Assembly (NCBI RefSeq): GCF_009914755.1
Contig: NC_060926.1
Origin: the human T2T-CHM13v2.0 reference genome, Homo sapiens
Direction: 5' to 3' (one strand)
DNA: 64,000 nt
Shown here: positions 1 through 13,084 of the stretch, piece after piece
How positions within the stretch are numbered: the stretch's first letter is position 1
Layout of the letters: every line of letters starts with the position of its first letter
Translations under genes and position numbers: made by a program
Notes under the pieces: model-generated
What the model saw: only the letters and a program-made list of their open reading frames with translations
What the model was told of the DNA's origin: nothing
The model's database searches: none

Positions 1-270
1 AACTGGGGCTCAACCAGAATGCCCACATGTGGCCATACCAGCATGATAGTCTCGGGGTAGTCAGGCTTCTCACATGGTAGCTCAGAGTTTCAAGAATAAA
101 AGCTCTGTCTGGCCTTTTATGACCTAGTCTTGGAGCACAGAGTATTTCTGCCATACTCTTTTGCTCCAAGCAGACACAATTTGTCCAGTTTCAAGGAGAA
201 GATACATAGACCCCACCTCTCAATGAAAGAAGTGACACAGAATTTGCAGTTGTGTTTTAAACCCACCACA
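1..270 (-). mobile_element. MaLR LTR fragment (old MLT1, MLT1K/L-like), truncated by window start
   Basis: MLT1-type motifs 'GGTAGTCAGGCTTCTCACATGGTAGCTCAG' and 'ATAGACCCCACCTCTCAATG', ending in '...CCACCACA'; recalled consensus. Confidence 0.65.
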
Positions 271-299
271 GATAAAAATCACACATTTAATTCTCACAG

Positions 300-450
300 A
301 AATGTTTAGAAAGTATAAGTATTTCTCCTTTATAGATGAGGAAAATCAAGACTCCAAGAGGCTAAACAAGTTGATTATTAGTCTCGTGCCCAGAGAAAGG
401 AGTCCAAGTTTGTCTGATTTCAACATCACCAGTCTTTTCATGCAGACATT
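300..450 (-). mobile_element. MIR SINE fragment
   Basis: MIR core-like 'CCTTTATAGATGAGGAAAATCAAGACTC'. Confidence 0.55.
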
Positions 451-786
451 CTGCCACCCTTGAGTCCTTATCACAATGAGACTTCTGTAATCCTAAACTC
501 ATTAATAGCACAGATTGTATCTTGTTTCTTGTTACATACATATGACCTAAAAACCTAAAACAATTATGAAAATTCTCAATATTAGCCAACTGGTTTCCAC
601 CCCCTTTCTCCTGCTACAAGCATTGCACCTTTCATCTTGCTTTCCCTCTTTACACTGCATAGGTAAACGGACTTTCTGACACCAAGGCTGCTCCCTCTCC
701 AGGGACAGAAAGTATAGCAGAAAGTCAAGTACACAAAAACAGAAGTTGCTTTTTGTTTCCTGGCAGAAAAAAATGTAAAAAGCACC

Positions 787-1900
787 ATTTATTAATTCAA
801 CAAATATTTATAAAGCACCTACTATGTGGCCAACAGTTTTAAGCAACGGAGATAAGGGATTGACTAAAGTTTCTGCCCTAATGGACTGATATTCTAGGAG
901 CTGACATGGGCTAGTCAATAGATTAAAATATAACATAATGTCAGTTAATGATAAGTGCTATAAAGAAAGTAGTTGGGCACTGTTTTAGACAGGGTTTCAG
1001 AGAATACAATTTGAAAAGTTGACAAAGAAAATGAGGTTAGACAGTCAATGAAGGGCCTCCTGTAGGATCTCATAGGTCACAGTAAAGATTCTGAATTACA
1101 TGCTGAGTGTGATGGGTTGACACATAAAAGTTTTAAAGCAATAGGAAGTAACATGATCTAATTTACATTTTTTAAAAGGTGGCTTGTGGTACTTTTTTTA
1201 AAAATTGACTATAGAGGAGCAAGGAAGATTAAATATGGTCATAAATTTTTTGACACTTCTCTCATTGAGAAAAGGGATCTATTTTTCCTTCCCTTAAATC
1301 CAGGCAGACTCTGTAATTGTTTTGACCAATAGAATATAATGAAAATGGTGCTTTGACAGTTTTTCAGGCTTACACTTTAAGAAACTGGCAGCTTCTACTT
1401 CTAGTGTCTTGGAAAACTCATTCATGTAACCTAGCCACCATGTTGTGAGGAAGCCCAGGTAGCCACAAGAAAAGGCCCTGTGGAGAACTGAGGCTTCCAG
1501 ATGACACTTCTAGCTAAACTCATATCCAAGAGCCTGCACCAACATGCCAGTCATATGAGTGGACCATCTTGGAAGTGGATCCTCCAACCTCAGTTAAGCC
1601 ACCCTAGGTGACAATGCAAGGAGTAGAAACAAGTTGTCTTCCTGAACTCTTCTGAATTCCTGATCCACAAAATTGTAAGCATAAGTTTGGTGTATTTTGT
1701 TATGCAACCATCAATAACCAGAACAAAAGACAAGAGAGAAAGCAGGAAGACCAATGAGGAGGCTATTGCAGTAATCTAGGTGAGTGATAATGGGGTTTAG
1801 GGTGCTATCAGTGTAAAGGGTAAAAATTGTTAAGATTCAGAATGTATTTTCACCGTGAAGGAATTGGTGACTATATATGGTTGCCTAAAATCTTGCGTGG
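787..1900 (-). mobile_element. L2 LINE 3' fragment, interrupted by an MLT1 LTR
   Basis: L2 terminus 'ATTCAACAAATATTTATAAAGCACCTACTATGTG'; L2-like sequence resumes after 1725 ('GGAGGCTATTGCAGTAATCTAGGTGAG'). Confidence 0.7.
1228..1725 (+). mobile_element. MaLR solo LTR (MLT1G/H-like)
   Basis: 'TTTGACCAATAGAATATAATG', 'CCACCATGTTGTGAGGAAGCCCAGG', 3' end 'TTGTTATGCAACCATCAATAACCAGAACA'. Confidence 0.75.
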
Positions 1901-1934
1901 AAAGAAAAGATATCTAAAATTCATGGTAAAAATT

Positions 1935-2350
1935 AAAGTATTAAGTGTTTTATTAAGTGTTAGGCATTGTGCTAAAAGTCTTCTATATGCCTTACCTGAT
2001 TTAAACGTCATGACAGCCTGTGAGGTAAGTACTATTGTTAACCATGATTTATATATCAGGAAACTGAAGCACAGGGATTTAAGTAAATTTCCTATGTTTC
2101 TTATTTAGTGAATAGTTGTTCCTGGTAACTTGAATACAGGCAGTCAAGCTCCAGAATCCATGTCCTTACCAGTCTTAACCACTGTGTTATACAACTGCAC
2201 TATATTCTCAGTTATTCCAGAAACTAACTACGTGACTTTCAGTAAGTTTCTTGACCTTCCTGGGGTTCAGTTTTATAATCTGTAAGCTGAAGAGGCTGGA
2301 AAAGACAAGCTTTAAAGTCTCTGCAAACTGTAACATCCTGTGATTCTAAA
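1935..2350. mobile_element. Two MIR fragments in opposite orientation
   Basis: 'AGGAAACTGAAGCACAGGGATTTAAGTAAATT' and 'GTGACTTTCAGTAAGTTTCTTGACCTT...CAGTTTTATAATCTGTAA'. Confidence 0.6.
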
Positions 2351-3029
2351 TGCCAGAATTCTTAGAATTTGACCTGTTTGTTTCTGGAATTCAGGATGGA
2401 TAACCTCAAGTGTAGTCACAAGAAATAACAGACAGAAAGTTTATTACAGACCCTAGAGATATTCCAGGCCTGTGCAATATATGAAAGATAAGGCACTTTA
2501 AAACCATCCCCCTCAAGACAAGAGCATGCACCCAGGGTCAGCTGCAGCTTGTCTCCCCGCCTTCTCTTCTTCTGGCTCTGTGGCCCAGGGTGACCAGCAA
2601 GACCTCCCAGAAGTTTAGTCCCAAGGTTCATATAATGCTGACTACAAAACTGCAAATTCATTCTGGAGCCCCAAATTGGACAAGCTCCTCATGGATGTTA
2701 CATGGAGAAAGAAGCAGTTCTGAGTTTTATCCCTAGGTCTGCCAGTCTATGACACTCCTCATATCACCTCAAGCATGTTACCAAAAATCAAAGTATTTTT
2801 TTAAATTGAGAATGCATGCTGGGCTTAGTTCTGAGTTCCAAATGCTTCTGTTTATCTCAAATTGTTTCAAACTCTCAAGATACCATGAAGAAAATTATGA
2901 TTGCAGCTAGAAAAGCACTTTAATCTTCTTAGTGAAGGGTGGCATGTATACTCAAGGAACCTGAAGCGTCATTTTTTACCAATATGATATGATTATTCTT
3001 CCTACAAGTAAAACCAAAGAGCTAAGTTT

Positions 3030-3215
3030 TTGAGCACTTATTATGACTGAGTCTGGTGTTTCGTGTGCATTCTTTCCTTTGACATGCATATTAATATTAT
3101 CATCCCATTTTCAGATGAAGAAACTGACATTTAGAAGCAGGAAGGGGCAGAACTGAGATTTGGGTTCAGAAAGTCAAGCACGCAGAGCACAGGCTCTTAA
3201 CCTTACACCATACTG
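3030..3215 (-). mobile_element. MIR SINE fragment
   Basis: 'ATTATCATCCCATTTTCAGATGAAGAAACTGA'. Confidence 0.65.
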
Positions 3216-3377
3216 CTCCTCTCCTGTTTCTTAAAACACAAAGCTAGATTGATCTCTCCTATAGATGTTGCATGTTAAAGTAGTGTAAGAATGAAGCTCT
3301 CAATGCCAAGATTACAACCAAAGGCCCCCAGCAACCTGAAAGTCAAATTTTCTGCATATATAAGGTGCTAGGAGTCT

Positions 3378-3687
3378 GTTTTAATCCATTTTGTGCTTCT
3401 TATAAGAATACCACAAACTGGATAATTTATAAAGAAAAAACATATTTCTCACAGTTGTGGAGGTTGGGAAGTCCAAGAGGACCTGGTAGAAGGCAGAAGG
3501 GCATGAGAGCACACATGATAGCAAGAATCCACACCCAAAAGCCCTTTAGTAAAGGTGCTAAACCCACCCATGAGGATGGAGCCCTGTGGCCTAATCACCT
3601 CTTAAAGTTCCCATCTCCCAATACCATTATATTGGCAATTCAATTTCAACATGAGTTTTCAAGGGGACAGACATTCAAACCATAGAA
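3378..3687 (-). mobile_element. MaLR solo LTR (MST/MLT1A group), internally deleted
   Basis: 'TTTCTCACAGTTGTGGAGGTTGGGAAGTCCAAG' and 'CCTAATCACCTCTTAAAG...TTTCAACATGAGTTTT...ACATTCAAACCATAG'; explains ORF 3365..3685. Confidence 0.8.
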
Positions 3688-3879
3688 GAGTCCTTTTGGA
3701 CTTTTTCATTTCACATAGCATGAATATTTTAGTGAAATTCCTATCCACCCACCCCCACTCACACATCAGGAAGAAGGATTGCTAATATTATTGGACAGAT
3801 TTCAAGATGCTGATGGAACCACAGTGGGCAGAGACATTGTGTATTAAAAGATCTTATCCAGGAGGGCTTACTTTTATCC

Positions 3880-4690
3880 GCTTCTAGCTTCCATGTCTCT
3901 GGCTGGTTAAGATCTACACTGACCTGGTCATCTTGCCTTGGCCTCTGCCATTATTGCATTAAATGGTCAGCCTGGTGAGCTGAGCCAGACCTCCTAGGAA
4001 CCTGGCAATCTTGATGTCTGCCCTCTGATTTCCATGTAGCTAAATGGCCAAGAAAGCAAGCCAGGATCTACCTCAGACCTACCTAGTTTATTCTCTTGGC
4101 TGTCTCCCCATGCAGAGGGTTTTGCTGAATGAGCGAAGACCTACTTGGGAACTGGTTGTTGTGATATTTTTTCTTCTCTGTTCACTGAGCTGCAGCACTC
4201 TCCTCCCTCCTGACAAGGTCCCAGGTTGGTAGTGATGGGGCCATGTTTCAGTGAGTGGAATTGTGGTGTGGTGTTGCCTGGCCCTACATGGTTTTCTTTC
4301 ACAACTCCCAGCCTCTGTCCTCCTGGATCAGTTATGGAGCCATACCTGAGCAGGTTGGTTATTGTGTTTTCCTTTGCAGCACTTGTTTCTCTTCCCTGTG
4401 AGCCATGGAGTAAGCTGCCCTAGTATATCCAGAGGCCCGAATTCTTCTGTCTTCTCAAACCTGATCATAAGTGCATGTACCATTGCAAGTATCTCTGTAA
4501 CCCGTGGTTTGGTCCAAGGGTTCAGATTTAGAGATTTGGGGCTTGTGGAAGAGTAGCTCTTGTGGGTCTCTCCCTGAGCCCTCTGTGCCAACCTGGCCTT
4601 CTCTAGAGAATACTGCATTCATGAAGGGGACATTTATCCAGTCACTGATAAGGTAAAATTTAGCTTCCCATTTGTCAGTTTTAGTCATGG
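3880..4690 (-). mobile_element. Possible ancient LTR-retrotransposon (Gypsy-like) gag-pro internal fossil
   Basis: Degenerate motifs in gag-pro order on minus strand: ARLAQRAQGET..Y (about 4554-4600), C..RQPRE knuckle-like (4081-4114), GAC-ATG-GAA-GCT resembling DTGA (3886-3897). Speculative. Confidence 0.3.
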
Positions 4691-5369
4691 GTGGAGCTTA
4701 CTTCCTGAGAAACTTCCTACAGTATAGGTGTCTAGTCCAATGCAAAATTTATGCATTCTTAGGTCCCTTGACTGAACTATATCTCAACATCAACAAAACC
4801 TCACCCCAAATTCCTACCATGCTAACTCAGCTTTCATCAGAGGGCTCTATGTTGATTCATCTGACTTCAGCCCAGCTTATTTAAAAATTTGTATTTTGTT
4901 TCTCATCTATTGTTCTTTGTGTGCAGTATCTGTCTCAGGAAAAACAGAAGAATGCTTGGACCAGCACAGGATCCAGGCATCCCTCTCTCTTCGCCCATAA
5001 TACTATTAAATTCTCACTTAATTCCTAATAATTCTCTTCTGTTTATTAAAGATGGAAACCAGAAACAACATTGTCTCTCTGCTACTGGAGAGAAGCAGAA
5101 GAGTGAAGATAACATAACATTGCCCAATTACACGCAAGGGCCACCAACCAAGTTCAGATGGAGGAGGATAAAGCTATGCTTTAAGAAAGCCACTCTAAGT
5201 TTGCCCTTACAAGAAGCATGTAAATTGGGTTTTTATAGCAATGTTTCCATAGAATAGATGAAAACCCAGAAGCCTATGGGCCTCAAATGACCTGAGACAT
5301 TTTCAATAGCATCAGCAGGAACAGAAGTGCCATGAAGCATCCTGTTAAATCACCAGTGCCTCAGCCTGA

Positions 5370-5940
5370 CCACAGAATCTTAATGTGAGAGCCTTATAGG
5401 TCATGTAATTTAACTCATAGAGAAATGATGCTCACAACTCCCTGGGGATTTTGTTACCAGTCTCTGTCTTTCCCACAGCTGGATGTTTCTAAGCATAGAA
5501 ACATCTTTTACTCTAACCTGCCTCCTACCAATGTCAAAACTGCTGTACTGAGGCATCAAATAAGTCTAGGTCCTCTTACAATTTTTATCTCCTTGAGTTT
5601 TAAAAATTAATCATCATGCCCTGATGATGGGCCAAGAGACTCATCACCCTGAGCTACCACCAAGGCTCTTCAGAAAATTAAACTTCCCAATTTGACCATG
5701 TTTTCTCATGAGACGTGATTTATAGACCTCATGCCATTATGTTCCCTTGTGTCTGGATGTACTCTAGATTGTCAAAGTTATTTGAGTGGGATACCAAAAG
5801 AGAACAATATTCCAGATATGCTGTGGTCATCACAGAGTAGAACAGGACCTTCCCCCTTTGTTGATATGAATACCAATGCCTCTTCAGTGACATCTATGAT
5901 CTTGCTACATTTTTAGCATCTACATCACACAAGTGGCTAC
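5370..5940 (-). mobile_element. L3/CR1 LINE fragment
   Basis: 'TTCCAGATATGCTGTGGTCATCACAGAGTAGAACAGGACC' and 'TTTTAGCATCTACATCACAC' match the recalled L3 3' region. Confidence 0.55.
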
Positions 5941-5984
5941 CCATCTGCACGTAGTCAAGGACTCGGCTTTAAAAGTGAAAAGTT

Positions 5985-6287
5985 GACTAGGTGCGGTGGT
6001 TCACGCCTGTAATCCCAGCACTTTGGGAGGACAAGGCGGGCGGATCACCTGACGTCAGGAGTTCGAGATCAACCTGGCTAACATGGTAAAACCCCATCGC
6101 TACTAAAAAATACAAAAAAGTAGCCAAGTGTGGTGGCAGATGCCTGTAATCCCAGCTACTCAGGAGGCTGAGACAGGAGAATCACTTGAACTCAGGTGGT
6201 GGAGGTTGTGGTGCACCAAGATCATGCCACTGCACTCCAGCCTGGGTGACAGAGTGAGACTATGTCTCAACAATAATAATAATAAAT
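5985..6287 (+). mobile_element. Full-length AluS (AluSx-like)
   Basis: Dimeric Alu with (AAT)n tail; TSD AAAAGTGAAAAGTT (5971-5984) / AAAAGGGAAAAGTT (6288-6301). Confidence 0.95.
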
Positions 6288-6683
6288 AAAAGGGAAAAGT
6301 TACGAAAATGACCAGGATCACCAGGTTACCAACTTCTTCCTTCACTGAGCCTAAACTTTTTCCTGGTTCTAAAAGCCAATTTTTTAGTCCTCATGTATGG
6401 TGACATTACCTCTTCTTGAGAAACACACTGTAGGTGGCTAGAGTGGGAGTCCAGCTATAATCATGGTGCAACACTATTGAAGGTGCAGGGAGTGACATCT
6501 AGAAGCAAAGCAAGTGGAACATTACCAGGAGCTCCTAGGAACATTTCACTGGGGCCCATCCAGCCACTCAGAGAGTTTAAGAAACTTGCCCAAGACTGCA
6601 GAGCTCTTCAGTAGTAGAGCTGAATAAATTTGTCTGGGTAGTATTCTTGTTCACTACTCTATATTCTCTAACCAGCCAGGTTT

Positions 6684-6854
6684 AGTGTTTCTCAAATTAT
6701 AGCTCATGGACCATTACATCAGAACCTTAAAAACAAAGGTTCTTGGATACCACTCCCACTTTATTGAATCAGATTCTCTGATAGGGCTCTAAAATTATCT
6801 TTTTCCCAAACTTCCCACATGATCCCTAAGTGCATCATTGTGTGGGAACCAGTA
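6684..6854. mobile_element. MER5-family hAT-Charlie MITE
   Basis: Ends 'AGTGTTTCTCAAA' / 'TGGGAACCAGT'; internal 'ATTGAATCAGATTCTCTG'. Confidence 0.65.
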
Positions 6855-7367
6855 TCATAGGTAACTTTGACTAAACCATTCTCCACCTAGGAGGAGAGGA
6901 TAAAGACCAGAAAACCCTTAATGAAAGTAACAGGATCTCCCAGGTATATAAATGGCAATGCCTTCTCTCTTAGTCTGTAAGATGTACTAGGATACAAACA
7001 AAAAACAGAAAAAGTAAAAAGAAAAACACTTACCCCATGAACATCAAACAGTGGTTAAGCAACAGTGCTTACATTATCCTGTCTTTTTTGTTTGGTGGGA
7101 AAAATATTGCTAAAAGCTGGTTGGTTCCATGGGACTAAAAGATAAGAAGATCAAAAGATTTTAATAATTGCTAGTCACTGCTCTACTGGTAAACAACATG
7201 ATTATGTGAGCCATCAACACCTCAGGGATCTCTGTCATTCACTGACCTGAAATGGAATAGAGTTCAAGACGCAAGATAAGGCTCCTGAGGTAAATAGGAA
7301 CCCATCATAAAGGACCCTGTAGTCCTTGACAAAGAGTTTAGACTTTAACTCCTTTCAGATAAGGAGT

Positions 7368-7799
7368 TGTGACAGAGACTGGCTAAGTGTTCTCCAACTC
7401 TCTTTCTTTTCCTGATGGGTAGAAAGATTGAAGCTGGACTACGTTTCCCAACCTCCCTTTGGTTAAGTGTGGTCATTTGACTGATGTTTGGTCAATGGGT
7501 TATGGGTGAAAGTTTTGTGCTCTGCTTCCAGGCTTCGGCCATAAAATCTTCCCATACTATCCTTCAGTTTCTCTTTTTCCCCATCCAACCATCTAGAAGT
7601 TAAGGACTAGAGGAATCTAAAAATTGATAAAGTCCAAAGAAGGAAGGAGCCTGCGTCCCTGACTCATCACATTGAAAGCTGCCCATTGCACTCTCATATT
7701 ACACTAGTGCATGAGCAAGAAATACATTTGTATTTCATTAAGATATTGAAATTTGGGAATTTATTCAGTACAATGGCTAGCATTATCTTAACGAATACA
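7368..7799 (+). mobile_element. MaLR solo LTR (MLT1J-like)
   Basis: Starts TGTGACAGAGAC; 'CGTTTCCCAACCTCCCTTTGG...TGTGGTCATTTGACTGA', 'AAGGAGCCTGCGTCCCTGA'; ends 'AACGAATACA'. Confidence 0.75.
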
Positions 7800-8197
7800 G
7801 GAATTATTACAGGACTTATGGTAATATGATGAGCTCTTTTATAGAAAAGCCATCCTGATGTCACACCACTTGGCAAAAATTAGATACAAAAGGTAAGTAA
7901 GAATATGAGTTACTTACAAGGAATCTTCTCTGTTTAAAAAAGAACAACAATCAAGAATACTAATGATTGCACAGCTTAGAATGACTTCTATGGGTCATTT
8001 GATTCTGTAATCTGCCTATAGACAGCTGAATATCTATCCACCATTCCAGTTGAAGGGTAATTTTCTTATTTTTAAAGAGCTCCAACAACTTATACTCCCT
8101 CTCATAGTAATCCAGAATTGTCCTTTGGATTAAGATATTTTTCTTTATGTATAAATATCATTTTGCTGCATTTGAAAAATTGTCTCTGAACAGCTGG

Positions 8198-8380
8198 TAT
8201 GGCAGTCTGCTAGTTTTCCCCCAAATATACTCTTCTTTCCTTCCAAACACTCATAGTTTTTGTAGGGCACATGGGCAACCAGTTAGAAACTATGTTTTCC
8301 AGTCTTTCTTGCAGGTAGGTATGACTAGGTGACAAGTTCTTTCTCATAGAATGTGAATGGAAGTGTTGAAGGTAACCACC
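8198..8380 (+). mobile_element. MLT1 LTR 5' fragment
   Basis: 'TTTTCCAGTCTTTCTTGCAGGTAGGTATGACTAGGTGACAAGTTCT...AGAATGTGAATGGAAGTG'. Confidence 0.55.
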
Positions 8381-8971
8381 CCCAGCCAGACAGAACATTT
8401 GTTAATGTCATTGGCAAGGCTATGCTTTTTCAGAGGTCCCGGCAACCAGGTGCTCTCAATAAATGTTAAATTTATTTCTACCCCATTTAATCTGTTATGA
8501 ACTCAACACAATATGCTTAATATGATACTATTTTCTGAGTGTAAGAAAATGGACAGGAAAGTAAAGGACAAGGAATTGACTATTCTGGCTCATTGTACCA
8601 TAGTTTAAGGTTTCTATTTGGTGCTCACTTCCCAGGCCCGCACTGTCCCTCTAAGACAAAGAGAAGCTGTTTAACGTATGTTTAAACCAGCCATCATTTA
8701 CCCCTCTTTTTCTCACATTTAAAAATGACATTCATCTTTGAAGTTTTACAAAATAAACCAGCATAATTTCTGTAATTAGGAAAAATACAGATAAGCACAA
8801 AGAGGAAAATGCCAAATTCTCATAATTCCATTCATACTGGTAACTTTATCATTCTAGTCTTTTTAATTAGCATAGATCTATACCTTTTTGTTTTGTTTTT
8901 ACAAAAATAAGACCATTATCATTACATGGAGTTAGGTAACTTTCCTTTGTTTCCTTTTTTAGTCCCTTTAG

Positions 8972-9002
<31 letters not shown>

Positions 9003-9009
9003 ATGTGTA
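8972..9009. repeat. (CT)n(GT)n compound microsatellite
   Basis: Direct read; at the tail of an L1M fragment. Confidence 0.9.
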
Positions 9010-9445
9010 TCAGCTTTATTGAGACATAATTCACATAACATAAAATCCAACCTTTTCAAGTCTTTTAAAGTGCATAATGTAGTGATTTTTAATATACTCA
9101 AAGTTGGCAGCCATCTAATTCCAGAAAGTTTTCACCACTCCAAAAAGAAACGCAGTATCCATTAGCAGTCACTCCCCATTCCTGCCTCTGCTCAGCCTTT
9201 GTCAAGCATTAATCTACTTTCTGTCTCTGCGTAATTGCCTATTATAGACATTTCATACGAATGGAATATTATCATCTGTGGCCTTTTGTTTCTATCTTTT
9301 TACTTAACATAATGTTTTTAACCTTCATTCATGTTGTAGCATGTGTTGGTACCTTCTTTTCCTTTTTAAGGCTGAATAATATTCCATTGTATAGATTTAC
9401 ATATTTTATCCATCCATCAGTTGATGATGGACATTTGGTTTGGTA
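9010..9445 (-). mobile_element. L1M (L1MB-like) 3' end fragment
   Basis: 'CAGCTTTATTGAGACATAATTCACATAACATAAAAT', 'AATCTACTTTCTGTCTCT', 'GCTGAATAATATTCCATTGTAT'. Confidence 0.85.
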
Positions 9446-12235
9446 ACTTGTTTTTTACTTATCAAATTTTTATTAACATGGAAGTGATCCTCTTTAAAAT
9501 CAGTTTACTGCCTGCAGAGTATTCCATTGAATGAGAAGAATCATTCTATTGAATGAGATGCACCATATTACAAACTATATTGTGATAACATATTTTTGCA
9601 ATACTGTCTCACTGTAAGTTAGACTTGGGCAGCCAGAATGAAATCCACCGGTCCTCAAGTTGCATATGGGGCAGGAGCAGGGGAGAGTAAGTACAAATAT
9701 GGGATAGGATAAGGTAGTGAGGTGAGAGGGGGAGGCCATTTTCTTAAGCTACCTACCATTAAGGAGAGCAGATTCCGGAATATGCTGCTGACAATGTCTG
9801 TTATCTTTCAAACAAGATTTGCCTGACCAAGGGCAGATGTAGGTCACAGACTGTCAAGGTGTGATGCTAGTCTCTTTCAGACCTGAAGCGGCCTGAGGCA
9901 GTACTCTCCTAGCCCTAAAAGGCTGAATATAAATCATGCTTGTTGGCAATTTCTGCTGACGTGCTGCCTGACACATGGCTAAAAGCCTTTCTCAGAGCTG
10001 AGAATAAATTCCAAGACAGCAATGACAGCTATAACAATGCTGCCACATGTTAAAGTGTTTAAAAGCCCTCAACAGGGGTAGTCATTCAACACAACATCCT
10101 TTACTTAGATAGATCCTGCACATTGCAAGACAATGGGGTGGGGGGTGCTATGCTGAAGAAGAAAGGGAGAATAAAGATAGTTCTGCAAAAGACTACAGGG
10201 GTGAGGTTTACAAGCAATGTTTAGATGAAGGCGTCCCGGTTCCACCCTCACCTCCCCTAGCCCAAGGGATCAAGTTCTTCTAAGGCATTTCAGTCATGAG
10301 CAGATGTCTACTGTGCAACAAGAAAATGGGACAAAGGGGGATAGAGCATCGCTTGAAAGAGCATAATAAACACAAATTATGCTGCTTCCAATAGACCGTA
10401 CGGCTTTCATTTGCAATCTGGCTTATTCCACGTGATTTGTTTCTAAAGGGCTCTGGTTTGTTCTGGGATGGAGTGGTGGGAGGTGGTTAGGCTGACATTG
10501 TGTCCTGGGGATCAGCTTCTGTGGGGTGTCCACTCAGGAACATGTGTTCCAAGAACATTTTTGAGATTCAAGGGTTTTACTTAAAAAGCAGTCACAAAGG
10601 GAGCAGGTTTGCCAGCCTCTTTGAAGGAATAAAAACGATCTCTTTTTAGTAGTTTGCCTTTGCAAAAATTTGCCAGAGACTAATTTTTTAACCAGTAAAA
10701 CTGTATGTGTGTGTGTATATATGTGTACGTGTGTGTTTTTGGAGAGTTGTTTTGTGAAAGGAACATGACTTGAGATTTACAGAAAGACTTGGCAACATGG
10801 AGCAAACTGAGGGACCTTCTTGAGTCAAAAGAAAAAAAGCAACTCCCCGGTGGTTGCTGGCTCACAGATATTCTGCAAAATGTCCTGGGATGGGGACCAT
10901 CTGGACAAAGATATTCCCACCCCACCAAACAAAATTTGAGTTAGAAAACAGGAAAAACACACCCCCACACAAAGCTGAGCCAAGAAGGCAAATGATGGAA
11001 GGGCGGCACCTCTGTCCAATTGCCAGGAGGAAGCAGAGCTCCCTCAGCACCTTGGAACACGCGGGCACTCACAGTCCTGGGGGCATGACCCCTCAGGATG
11101 TCCCAGGAGAGGGAAAGCATCAGGGTCCTGCTGACTGTGAAACTGAAGAAGACTAGCCAAATGGGAAGGAGAAGAGGGAAATTGAGAAATTTCTATTTTT
11201 ATAACCATTTTCCATGTTTTCTCCAAGTACTTAGAAGATGTCCAAAATAAGGGCTATTTCCTCTTTGCCTTTGGTTGATAGAATGGCCATTTCCTTCCCA
11301 GGATTCAATACTGAGTTTGAAATCTTATGGGGTTTAAAAGGATGGAAGATTTCATCAGCAAAATCGGATAGACAGTCAAGTTATCAAACATGTAAATTAA
11401 CATATAAGACAGTCCCAAATAGACAAGACAATTCCACTGACATGAGAGACTATCTACAAACTTAATCAAACTTGTTTAGTTTATTTTGCTTACCGTAACT
11501 CCTTAAAAATTCTCCTATGGACTAGATTCTCTAAATTTATAGGTTAGTTTGAAAAAGATAAACTTTGATCATAGTTGTTAGCAGTCCACAGGAAGAATGC
11601 AGCTATTTGTACATTTGTATCATTGTTGCTTTCATGGCATTTGTTTTCCAAGTACAGTAAGATGTCAGAGTTTTCAATCTTTGTATGAAAAATTACCGGT
11701 GGTTTTACCTGGATTGGGGCCTAAAACATTGCTTTCCAATCAGAGTGGTGAAGGCATGCCTTCAACTTATAGCTAAACACCCCACTCCCCGTAAATTACT
11801 TCAACATCTATTTCTTTTCACTATATCTTTGAACTATGTAGTCAGAGTGTCTCCTGCCAATCAAGAGCCCATCTTTCTGCATTTGAGAAGCCCATTGATT
11901 ATGGGCTTCTACTTTCCAGAACAGCTATCCACAACTTGTGGTCCACAGTTCTGTGCTGGTCCAAGAAAACTCCACAAGTGGTCCACTTGCCCTCCCTAGA
12001 TAGAGAAGTAAAAGCTGACTGCTGCCTGTCAAACAAAACAACTATACAAAGACACACTGGGAATCGCTCATCCAGACCACAGGATAGTCTCCAGCTATTA
12101 TCAGAGCTTGAAAAAATGAAATCAATCCATGTGGCCAGGCCAGAAGCATTGTGGTCCTGGTTGCTAAGCACCCACTTTCTAGTCAGGAGTTTTTGCTTCA
12201 CCAGCCAGCCTCCAGAGCTTTGCAATTTTTCTAAA

Positions 12236-12245
12236 GTGTGTGTGT

Positions 12246-12283
<38 letters not shown>
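12236..12283. repeat. (TG)n microsatellite, one interruption
   Basis: Direct read. Confidence 0.95.
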
Positions 12284-12285
<2 letters not shown>

Positions 12286-12586
12286 ATTTTTACCTCTGAA
12301 ATAGGAGATACAAAGATACAGGCATTTTAAGATTAGACTATTCGGGAAAAAGAAAATGAAAAATAAGATAATACTGTGGTAGTCTTTGTTTTTTCCTCTC
12401 TTCCTTCCTTTTTTCCTTCCCTACTTTCTCTTTTACATTTTATCAATGGGATGCTTTCCCTACAAGAATGTTACAATGAACCCCATTATATAAAAAGGTA
12501 AAAGTAGAGCTGCTTTGGTGAAAGGTGGAGTAAAGGATCTTGATTCTTGCTCTATCTCTTCCTTTAAGTAGTACTTTTCTTTGTCA

Positions 12587-13084
<498 letters not shown>

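Noticed and set aside
10854-11156. 100-aa ORF (..KAEPRRQMMEGRHLC..ETEED) in a GC-richer unique region
   Set aside because: Non-ATG start, no recognisable domain and no convincing splice boundaries; overlapping ORFs on both strands reflect composition
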